The notes under the pieces are model-generated. The model worked only from the letters and a program-made list of their open reading frames with translations, had not been told where the DNA came from and made no database searches. Shown piece after piece: positions 36,031 through 46,725 of a DNA stretch of 64,000 nucleotides. This stretch comes from Callorhinchus milii (taxonomy: Eukaryota): contig NW_024704743.1 of assembly GCF_018977255.1 (NCBI RefSeq), positions 61,258,001-61,322,000 on the forward strand, read 5' to 3'. Every line of letters starts with the position of its first letter. Position 1 is the first letter of the stretch. The position numbers and the translations under genes are program-made.

Positions 36031-38625
36031 GACAACAACAAAATTACATTTATAGAGTGCGTTTCACGTCGGGAGGACGTCCCAAAGCGCTGAATAGACA
36101 GGTGTTGGGGCCCGAGCATGGGGGAGGGGTGGTGTAGGGGTGAGGGAAGGCAGAGAGGTGGGAGGGAGACCAAAGGCACGGTCGAAGAGAAAGGTCTTGA
36201 GACTGGGCTTGAAGGAGGCAAGGGAGGAAGCGAGGCGAGGAAGCGTGGGTTAGAGTTCCAGAGTGTGGGGGCAGAGAGGCTGAAAGCCACCGATGGTAGG
36301 GCGGATCGGGCGGAAGACATGGAGCAGGCCGGAGCACGCTAAATGGAGGGAGCGGAGAGGTTGGTAGGGAGTCAGCAGGTCAGAGAGGTAGGAGGGGGCA
36401 AGGCCATGGATGGCCTTAAAGGTGAGGACGAGGATCTTGAACTCTGGGGGATGGGAAGCCAGTGGAGTCGGGCGAGGGTGGGAGTGATGGGGTCACGGAG
36501 CCTGATGCGCGAGAGTACACGAGCTGCAGAGTTTTGGATGATCTGCAGCTTGTGAAGGGAAGAGTTGGGAAGGCCGATGAGGAGGGAGTTCCTGTAGTTG
36601 AGCCTTGGTGTGATGAATGCGTGGGTGAGGGTCTCGGTAGCCTGAGGGGTGAGGCAGTGGCAGAGTCTGGCAATATTGCAAAGGTGGTGGTAGGCAGTGC
36701 CAGTCATGATGCGGATGTGGGGGAGAAAGGACAGTTCAGGGTCAAACAAGATACCCAGGTTCCTGACTGGCTTAGTGAGGTTGAGAGTGCAGCTGTGGAC
36801 GCTGATGCTGCCAGCGCCTGAGGTGCGGAGGCGCTGGCACGAGCCAATCGGGAGGGCTTCGGTCTTGCTGACATTGAGTTGGAGAAAGTTGGCCCTTGTC
36901 CAGGGCTTGATGTCAGACAGGCAGAAAGAGCGAAGCTGGGAGGCAACAACTCTCTCAAGGACCTTGGATAGGAAAGGGAGATTTGAGATGGGCCGGTAGC
37001 TGGATAGCTGTGATGGGTCAAGGGAAGGTTTCTTCAAGGTGGGGGTGGTAGTGCCTGTTTTGAGGGGGGAAAGAACAGTGCCAGATGACAGGGAGAGATT
37101 AATGATGTCGGCGAGTAGTGGGGCAAGGAGGTGGAACTGGGATTTAAGGAGAGGGGTGGGGCTGGGGTCCAGGGAGCAAGTGATGGGATTCATGGAGGTT
37201 ACGGTAGTGAAGACAGAGGAGGAAGTGACAGGTTCAAAGGTGTGGAAGCAGGGATGGGTAATTGTCGGAGTGTGGGGGGGGGTGGGTAGGGAGGAGGTGG
37301 AATTTGGGAGAGCAGTGGCAGCTGAGCGGATTCCCTCGATTTTGGACTCGAGGAAGTCCAGCATTTCTCGTAGTGAGAGTCAGGGGAAAGAATCTGTGAG
37401 GCGTGGTGGGGAGGGCGGAGGAGCCGGTTGATGGTGGAGAACAGGAGCCTGGGGTTGCCCTTCACCTCCAGGATTAACCAGAAATAGAAGGATGATTTGG
37501 CTGAGGCAAGAGCGGAGAGGTAGGTCTTATGAGGTCCAGCCAGATGTGTGGCGGTGGACCATTAGGCCAAGTTTGTTCGGCAGCCCGCACCTGACCCTTA
37601 AGAAAGCAGAGGTGGCTGGTGAACCAGGGTGAGGATTGGGAATAGGAGGCAGTTCGGGGGGTGAGTGGGGCAAGGATGTCGAGTGTGGTAGAGCGGGTGC
37701 TGTGGAGAAGAGTGAGTGCAGCGAGTGGGTTGGTGCGAGAGGTGGGCCAGAGGGGGAGGAGTTCAGAGGACTCCAGGGCAGCGGAGAGAGATTGCAGGGA
37801 TATCTTCTTCCACAGGCGGTAGAAGATGGTGGTACGTTTGGAGGCAGTGGGGATATGGGAGTTGAGGGAGATGAAATGGTGGTCAGTGATGGCCTTGTCA
37901 GCGATGGTGACATCCGAGATGCTGGTGATCACCAGGTCGAGCGGGTGACCGTGGGTATGTGTAGCAGAGTGGATGTGAAGGGAGAGTGAGAGAAGAGAGG
38001 AGAGAGAAGTCTGAGGAGGTGGAGCAGGAGGGGGTGAAGTGGAGGTTGAAGTTGCCTAGGATGATGAGGCGGTTGAAGCAGAGGCAGAGGAAAGCAAGGA
38101 GGGTGGAGATGTCAGAGATGAAGATGGAAGAGGATTTTGGGTGGTGGTAAAGTAAGAGAATTTTCAGAGAGAGGTGGGAGGGATGGCAGAGGGTAAGGTG
38201 TTCGAAAGAGAGGAACGAGCCAGTGGAGTAGGGGGATAGGGCAAGTGACTCCCTAGAGATGAGGACCACACCACCGCCACGACGGTTGGAGTGTGGGGCA
38301 TGGTGGTAGGTGTATCCGGGTGGTGTGGCCTCAGTGAGGGGGAAGGTGTCACCTGGGGTGATCCAAGTTTCCGTGAGGGCCATGATGTCAATGTTCTCAT
38401 CGATGATCATTGACAGCCAGGGTCTTGTTGGAGATGGAGCGAACATTTTGAAGGCCAATGCAGAGTGGACAGTTGGCAGCGGGATGTGTCGGATGGGAGG
38501 GGGTAGTGGATTGGTTGGGAGTGAGGGTGGGGATGTGGATGAGAGAGGAGAGGTTAGCCCCTAAGGTCAGGGCTTGTGGCGTGTGGCGGTAATGGGGAAT
38601 GGGGCAGTTGGTGTGGCTGCAACCA
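36031..38625 (-). mobile_element. Near full-length L2 LINE with APE endonuclease and deleted RT core
   Basis: IDIMALTETW, PPGY, RRGGGV and IILGNFNLH (APE); [25 protein letters not shown] joined directly to CLSDIKPW; several frameshifts; (TTG)n tail at ~36031. Confidence 0.93.
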
Positions 38626-39414
38626 TGTAAAGCTCAGCATGAGAGAGACTAAACCAGGTAACACACCATGTATGCGTGAATGTCTTGTTATCATTGGGAA
38701 AATAAAATGAGGACTCATATGCATTCCTCATTATAGAACTGCAAAAGTATTTTTGGGGGGTTAGTCGGATGTCTGACACATGCAGAAACCCATCACCATG
38801 CTTAAGAGTATCCAAACCATGTTGAGTGGGATGACACTGGACTCATTGAAAAACAGCTTGATGATGTGGTAGGAGAATGGCAGATTGGGTGTTCTGGAAA
38901 GATAGGATCAGATGGGCTGAAAGACCTTTTTAATCTAACCTAATCTCATCTCGTGATTATATGCTCTCAAAACCCACCCACTGAAACAGAAAGTGAAAAT
39001 AATTTCAGTGATCGTTAAAGGCATAGTTGTGGCAAAGGCAATGGCTCTCTTCTGTGTGTATGTCTCTGTATTTCGACTTTATTACTGTGCTTATTAATAA
39101 GTGAAAGTCACCTATTATAAATCTTGGTGGCAAAGTGTTTGTTTATTGAGATGGTTGTTTTTGTCATAAACAAATTGTCAGCCTGACAATTTCAGTGACC
39201 CCAAATAACCTTGACCAAAGAAGGAGTGCTTATTAACTGGCAGAAATCCAATGCTGTTTATGTTATTTAGATGGGGCTTATTATTCACCATCTATTTACA
39301 GAGAGATGATTCTAAACATAGGCAATATACTAATAAAACCCTTCAAAGACCCTTGGATCGAAGGGCAGAGGCAGGCGCAAATGGTGTGCCACTTGACGAT
39401 TCCTTGCTTTTCAA

Positions 39415-39730
39415 TCAACAACTTGCATTTATACAGCGCCCTTCATGCAGGGGAGTCAGCCGAGCAGAGGCAGCGTGGAGTGGAGGTTAAGCAGGTCAGA
39501 TAGGTAGGGAGGTGCAAGGGCGTGAAGGGATTTGAAAATGATTGAAATCGATCTGTTTGGTGATTGGGAGCCTGGTAAGGACTGGTGTGATGGGGTTCGG
39601 AGTTTCTTTAGGGTGAGTATCCAGTCAGCAGAGTTTTGAATTAGTTGAATTTTGTGTATGAGCTGGGGAGATCAGTGAGGAAGGCATTGGAATAGTCCAC
39701 CCGGGAAGTAATAAAGGCATGGATGAGGGT
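39415..39730 (-). mobile_element. Degenerate L2 3' fragment
   Basis: (CAA)nCTTGCATTTATACAGCGCCCTTCA tail; GCAGAGTTTTGAATTAG (IQNSA motif on the minus strand). Confidence 0.7.
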
Positions 39731-40319
39731 TCGTCACTCGGGAGTTTAAAACAAGCTACCAATAATATACAATCCTTTTTAAAAAATCTACCCAATGGTT
39801 CCATCTTCCAGGATATTACCTGGCAGAAGTCATATGATTAGTGCGCTGGTCTCTGGGGATGAAAAGAAAATTCTGCACTAATTCTGCGAATCAGTTCCCT
39901 CTTTGCCCAGCAGCGTTCACGTGGGATTTCTGATGAAGTTCACCAGTTAATATTCCTGTGAAGTTGCGTAATATTCTGTCTATTATTACCTTTACACTCC
40001 CTGAGTCCCCAAGTATTAATGGCTTTCATGCCTCTCATAAACTAACGTGATGCCTGTGAGATTTGTTAGATTTGCTACGTGATGCTTTGATGGTTTTCTA
40101 AGCAGTTCAATTGTTTAGCATTAAGTGGTGTTTTGAAGTGCTGTTTAATTTTCTTCAAAAACAAAATGTGGAACGAGGGACATTTCTTGGTGTGAAACAG
40201 ACAAACCAGTACCCAGCAACAGAAATCTTTTATCCCCATGTTTGCTCCTCTCCTTTCTTCAAGACACTGAACAAGCTAAATAATAAACACAAGCTCACAG
40301 ATACAAAACATTATCAAAG

Positions 40320-40897
40320 AGGCTAATGGGATGTTGGCCTTTATCTTAAGGGGGCTGGAATATAAAGGAGAGAAAATGATGCTTCAACTTTATAGAGCCT
40401 TGGTCAAACCCCCTCTGGAGGGGGTGCCACGCAGATTCTCCAGATTTAAAGGGTTAAATTATGAGGACAGGTTGCATAAACTTGGTCTACATTCCCTTGA
40501 GTTTAGAAGGTTGAGGAGTGATCTGATTGAGGTTTTGAAAATGATAAAGGGATTCGATAGGGTAGATACAGAGAAACTACTTCCTCTGGTGGGGAATCCA
40601 GAACAAGTGGCATAATCTTAAAATTAGAGCTAAGACATTTAGGAATGAAATTAGGAGGCAGTTTTTCACCCAAATTGTAGCAGAAATCTAGAAATCTCTC
40701 CCCCAAAAGGCTGTGAATGCTGGATTCATTAAAATTTTCAAGACTGAGGTAGATAAATATTTGTTAAGTCAGGGTATCAAGGGATGTGAGTTAAGGGCAG
40801 GTAATTGGAGTTGAAGTACAGATTAGCCATGATTTTATGGAATGGCGGAACAGGCTCAATGGGCTGAATGGCCTACTCCTGTTTCTATGTTTCTATG
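40320..40897 (+). mobile_element. CR1 3' portion
   Basis: MLAFILRGLEYK, LYRALVKP, YEDRLHKLGLHSLEFRRLRSDLIEVLKMIKG; ends TTTCTATGTTTCTATG. Confidence 0.9.
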
Positions 40898-41616
40898 ACT
40901 GGTGCTAGGTTATAATAATACAGGCCTGAACACTCATCAATACCTCTCCCCAAGGCATCAATAATAATAATAATAATAATCCTTGTATTTGATACAGTAT
41001 CTTAGGGCGGATGAAAAAGAATAATGGAGCAATTTCTATGTCAGATTTAATGGTTACATCCTGGGTTTGTCAAATATCACCTTTGTTTCCCCACGGACTC
41101 TAACTACAGTTGGACTATGACCCAAATGCTACATTAGAGAATCTTTAGAACAGAGCTGCAGAAACAAAAACTATTCCTTACAGCTGTGTTGAAGGTCAAT
41201 GGTGTTCAGCACCATCTGTCAGATTAAATTGAATCTAGTCTTTCCTTGTACCGTGGAGTAAACAAAAGCGCAAGGTATGTCACCTGTCTTGGCTATTTTG
41301 GCTGAAGCTGCTGCAACTCACATTAACTTTTTTACATCCATATATTATGGATGTAATGCAAGCTGTTGTTGTTGCTGTTGTATTATTTAAGACCATACCT
41401 TGGATCTTGCCAACCTGCGACTAATACTTTCTGGAATTAGGTAAGCAGGATACGTCCCTCTAGTGAGAGAGTGTGCATTCTATTCTAAAAATCTATCTCT
41501 GGGATTTCCATTTGTAGATGGGATACATGGAAATCTCAGCTTAGTTTAGAAAATCTTAAGCATGATGATGGGTTTCTGATGTGGGTTTGTCAGACACATG
41601 TCTGTTCATTAACATT

Positions 41617-41710
41617 TGTGGAGTCCTGTGGTTAGTGCACTCGCCCCACAAACGAGAGACCTGGGTTCGATTCTTATCAGGGTAAAATGTTGGGCAGGTT
41701 TCCTTACTCC
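41617..41710 (+). mobile_element. Isolated SINE head with shortened A box
   Basis: TTGTGGAGTCCTGTGGTTAG...CCCCACAA...GGGTTCGATTC; same variant as 35044. Confidence 0.8.
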
Positions 41711-42829
41711 TGCCTTATTCCCATATCCCTTAAACCCTTCACATGCCTATCTACTTCCCTCTTGAAACCCAGAATAGACTCTGCTTCTACTACCTTACTT
41801 AACGTGGTATTCCCCATCCCAACAACGTTCTCAATGAAACAGTCTCTCCTAAGGTTTAAATTTGTCGATTTAATTGATTTAAAACTGCACGCAAATAACC
41901 AAAATCATGGTTAGGTTCTAAGATTGCAAGCAGGTATTAAACAAATCTTCTGTTTCCTCTACCTCCTATTGCTGGAGTTCCATATAATTTACCTTGGGAT
42001 TTTCAATGTAGTATTTTTTAGAAAACTGAAAAAGTTTCCAATTGAAGTGTAGGCCTTATTTCTAGGAAGTAACTCTTTTTTTGATAGTGATAAGGAGTGA
42101 ACTGTGCAATCGTAGAAATATGGAGATTGCAGTAGAGGGAGGTGTTTGGCGTTTTAGCCTATCTCGATGTTAGCTTGTCCACTAGAGCTATATTCAGCAC
42201 CTTAATCCAAGTCCCTTTTCTTTCCCTGTACCTTTTTGTTTTGTTGTATAAAACAGGCTTTGACTCAACAAGTGCCTGTCAGGATGAAGCAGCTTTGTTC
42301 TTGATAGTATAAAAACTACATTAATTCCTTGTAATCTGACGATACATACAAAATATTATCCCTCTTCTCTCATCATCAAACAACAATCACTCATTACAAA
42401 AAAGCTGACTACACTGCCCACTTCATACCATCATTCCTACCTGTTTACATTTCATCCATGCAGACAAAAGAACCTTGATGGCAAAGTCTGAAGGCCCATC
42501 AAAAAAAAAGGTAATTTGTGTGAGTACGATTTGATTGAGTTACTGTTTCTAGGTAGCATAAAACTGATGCTAAAATGTGCAGTGTAAGTTCATGCAGAAA
42601 ACAACCAAAACTCCTCTATTCCCCTCTCACATCAAGGTGATGTGAAAGGCACTCTATAAATGGAATCATGTTGTTGTTGTTGTTGTCTAATTTGTAATAT
42701 TCATAAAACTACATTTACACTGTACTAAAACAATATTTACACTGTATAAAACCTTACTTACACCCTACTGGATTTGGATTTATATTATACTATATTGTGT
42801 CTTTTGGATTAAAAGTTAAACAGAGTTAA

Positions 42830-43072
42830 GTCTGCCTGTTCAGGTTAAAGTTCCATGGTATTATTCGAAAAGAGAAGGGAGTTTCTCCTGATACCCTGGT
42901 CAACAATCCCCCAAATAAAATTGGTCACTCCCTCAATGGCTATTTTTGTGACATTGCTGTGTGCAAATTCCTGCCATGTTTGCCCACAACATACTCAGTC
43001 ACTGCACTGGGTATATCCTGGTACATCCTCCTGATGTAAAAGGTGCTATACCAAATGTATGGATTATTATTC
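42830..43072 (+). mobile_element. Deu-domain SINE 3' half
   Basis: GTCTGCCTGTTCAGG...GAGAAGGGAGTTTCTCCTG...AAATTGGTCACTC...TGTAAAAGGTGCTATACCAAATG. Confidence 0.75.
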
Positions 43073-44199
43073 TTATTACTAAAACCAGATTTATACTGTA
43101 CCAAAGCCAGCTTTATAATGTATGAAAACTCAATTTAGAATGTATGAAAAACAGATAAATCATTTATTAATTCCAGAATTATATTGTTACAATAACCAGG
43201 TTTAAAGCTGGATTTCTACATTTATATTGCAGTAAAAACAAATTCCTTTCATGATGTTCTGAGTGGAGTGATTCACTCCAGAAATCATTGCCAGTATTTC
43301 ATTTGTGTGATAAAGAAACCTCAGTAGGAAATACGCTAGAGATTGATGGTGCATAATCAATGGTATTGATGAGGCAATTGAATTAAGGACAATTATTTTA
43401 AGGTAACTGCTGCAAGTAACCTTGGTTCAATGTGACAAATTGTTCACCACTGTCACAGTGCTTTTAACTGCCACACTTTGTTATTATGGTCTGCACACTT
43501 GCATCACTTCCTCTACTGTTTTCCCATCACGTCCATTGAGAAATTATAAACAACTTGGCTATTTCTAATCGTGTGCAGTGATCTCCAAGCTAACAAGAAA
43601 TGGCTTTCCAAAATTGTTATCGATCGCACCTCAAGATTGCAATTCCCAAAGCTCTTTTGCAAATCCCCCATCCACCATCCTCCCAGGGAAAATAAGGAAT
43701 AAATCTTTTAAATCTTTTACGCCAAACTAATTTCATTCTTGCTTCATACACTAATCATTTGAATCAATATGTCTAGGTTGTCTATCAGGGTTGTGCAATG
43801 AATGTTTTTTGGACAGCTCCAGCACACATTGCTGATTACTACCAACAAAGGTGGTATAAACCATTTACAGATATGTGTTGCAACTGAACTCTGGTTCTTG
43901 GAAAGCGACCAGTTGCTCACACTTATTGAATGACTTGCATCTATAAACATACAATTTTTATTGTGTATGTATCAAAATGACTGTTTGATGCTTGAAAGAG
44001 AGACATGATGATTTAATTAAAACTACAGTAGAGTAAATCTTTGGCTCTTTATAGACAAACTGAAATTTATTGCATCACTCAAACAAATAATTTTTCATCT
44101 CATTCCAGAGGTGATTGTGGGGATCCTTAGTTGCAAGGGTACAATCCCTATCGTTACTGTTCAGGGCTGTAAGTCACCGCTTATACTTTGCTTTATCTA

Positions 44200-44435
44200 C
44201 AACAACTTGCATTTATATAGCACCCTTCACGTGGGGTAGCGTCCCGGAACGTTTGTTAGTGGCGGAGTCTGATCCCGAGCCAGGGGGGAGGTGACCGTAA
44301 GTATGATTAAAAAAGAAAGTTCTTTAGGTGGGATTGGAAAGCGGAGAGGGAGGGGGCAGGGCGGAAGGATCGAGGGAGTAAGTTTCGGAGCGTAGTGGCT
44401 GAAGGCACAGCTACCGATGGTGAAGCGGAGGGGAC
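44200..44435 (-). mobile_element. L2 3' end (second L2 subfamily)
   Basis: (CAA)nCTTGCATTTATATAGCACCCTTCACG tail; related to 63625-63990. Confidence 0.75.
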
Positions 44436-44559
44436 CTTCATGAAGCTAAAATGTTTGACCTCGAAGTGGTTGATGCTAACATTAAGCACCTGAAATGGGA
44501 AAGTGTTATATTCCCAGGACTGACATCCAGCAGCAAATAACCTCTATGTAAACTCAATG

Positions 44560-44778
44560 TGCTTTTACACCTCTTTAACCCATCATCCCCTGTCCTCCAG
44601 CCCATTTTCTCTTTTGTCTTTCTTGCCCTGCCTCTCTTCCTGTTAGTCCTTAAAACCTCTCCCTAACAACATCCCCCAGTTCTGACGAAAGGTCATGGAC
44701 CCGAAACGTTGACCCACTTTACTTTCTCCATAGATGCTGCCTGGCCTGTTCAGTGCTCCCAACAATCTCTATTTTCTA
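44560..44778 (+). mobile_element. Penelope-like element terminal repeat remnant
   Basis: Pyrimidine-rich run, then TTCTGACGAAAGGTC...CGAAACGTT...CTCCATAGATGCTGCCTGGCCTG, a layout I recognise from shark Penelope-like repeats. Confidence 0.55.
44678..44714 (+). ncRNA. Candidate minimal type I hammerhead ribozyme
   Basis: CUGACGA (44682-44688), helix II GGUC/GACC, GAAA (44703-44706), palindromic AACGUU helix III region, short helix I GUU/GAC. Confidence 0.5.
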
Positions 44779-46538
44779 GCAAATAACATCTGTCTTTCTT
44801 AATCATGCAAATTGCAGCCAATCCTTTTCAATGGCTGTCAATTACAACAAGTTGTACACATTAAGTGCATTTTATAGATCGTACCTGAAGTCCTTCCTCT
44901 TTGATTGTGATTACGGTCACCTCCTCCCTCCCCTGTCATGCTCCACCACTGTCAAGCACTCTGGAACTCTATCCTGCGTGTGGGATGCATATAAATGCAA
45001 GTTGTTGTTGTTTATGCTGTGTAAAGGCAATGTGCTTCATCAAACAAGATGGAAACGAAGTGAGGTTTAACGATGTTAACGAAAGCCTTGGTCAAAGGAT
45101 CATTTTTTAAGAGGGTTTTGAAGGCAGGGAGAGAGCCTTTAGGCGAAGCTAACTTTGGAACAGAGTTCTAGAGAACTCTGATTCTAAGGCCAAGCTCATT
45201 TTGAGCCTCTCAAATAATGGTTAAAACTAGCTCAAGGTGTGTTGATGCCCCACAATGCTGGTTGGACTTGACTACCAAACACCCATAGTACACGGTTCCC
45301 TTTACTGAATCACTTTATGTTGTATGTCTTCTCTTCAGAATCAATACTGAGTTAACATTTGTTATTCCTCCTTGTAAAACTCATAGATATTTTGAAGGCC
45401 AAAAGAACTAATGCAATAGGTGTAATAACTAGGCCGTCAATTATCTGGTGAGACATGACAGAAAAGCAACCCCAACAGCTCATTGACATCCAGTTCAGCA
45501 AACTAATGGTTACCTGAGGAGACAACAGTAAATTGATTACTGCCTTTAACATACCATGAGCTCTACCTGCCTAACTGTTTTCGAAAAGCTTTTAAAGATA
45601 ACCCAATTTAAACTCCAACCTCCTACTAGCAGGTGTTTTGGATTCAGGTGCTAGCCATTCAGCATTAGTAATTATTTTAGTGGGATCATAAGAATGTGTG
45701 GTTCTCCATTCTGAACATTTGTTTTGTCTTCCTTGCATCCTCTTTGTTCAGACAGATGAATCTTGAGGCTGTGCAGAGGAAAGCAGCCAGGCTAAACCCA
45801 GTGATAGGGCACTAAACCACAAGGAACAATGAGATGAGTTAGGGTTATTCAGCCTTGAAAGAGACATCTTCAGTGGAACATTATAGGGTTATATAATATA
45901 CCAAATAGGACAGAGAAATTAAGGAAAGAGAAGTTAGAATGGAACATTTCACCATTAATAAAAAGTTGCAGTTCCCATAATGTCAAACATTTCAAAGTAA
46001 GTCACAGTAATTGTTGTCTCATTTTGTTACTGTATTGTTAGGCAAACTGGATGGCTGTTAATTTCCACATAGTAAGGTCACACAGATAGAAAGGTGAATG
46101 ATTAACTTATTTGGCAGTTTGTTGGCCAGGGCACAAGCACCAACTCCCTTCTAATTTTGAATAATTCTGCGGGATCTTTACTGGCAGACACTAGGTTTAA
46201 CATCTCAAATGAAGGACATCACCCTGACAATGCAGAGCTTCCTCATTGCCTAGACTTTAACGTCAAAATTAAATATTGTGCCTCATATTATCCCGCTTTG
46301 TGCATGTGAACTTAAGAGGTAGTCTACACGTTCATGGTCAAGTGAGAATTAACAAATATTCTGTTTAGATTCTATGAACACAGACAGAAAGGGGTGAATA
46401 AACAGAATGGAAGCTAATGTAAACTGATTGTGCCAGCAAATTCAAGAGGGGATTGGACAGCTATTTGGGGAAGAAGTTGACTGAGGAGTTTGAGAGATAG
46501 AGAGTATTTACTCAGCTCAGCTCAATGGATCACAATTA

Positions 46539-46725
46539 TAATAAATAATAATAATCCTTGCATTTGATATAGCGCTTTTCACATCTTCTAGACGTCTCAA
46601 AGCGCTTCACAGAATATACTGTGAAGTGAATTGACTGTATATTTGTGGGCAAAATGCAGCAGCCAATTGCGCACAGCAGTGTCCCACAAACAGTCGTGGA
46701 TTTAGTGACCTAATTATTATTTATT
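46539..46725 (-). mobile_element. Young SINE 3' end
   Basis: (AAT)nCCTTGCATTTGATATAGCGCTTTTCAC...CCCACAAACAGTCGTGGATT. Confidence 0.88.

Noticed and set aside
36118..38564. Plus-strand Gly/Glu/Arg-rich ORFs
   Set aside because: Antisense shadows of the C-rich L2 coding strand.
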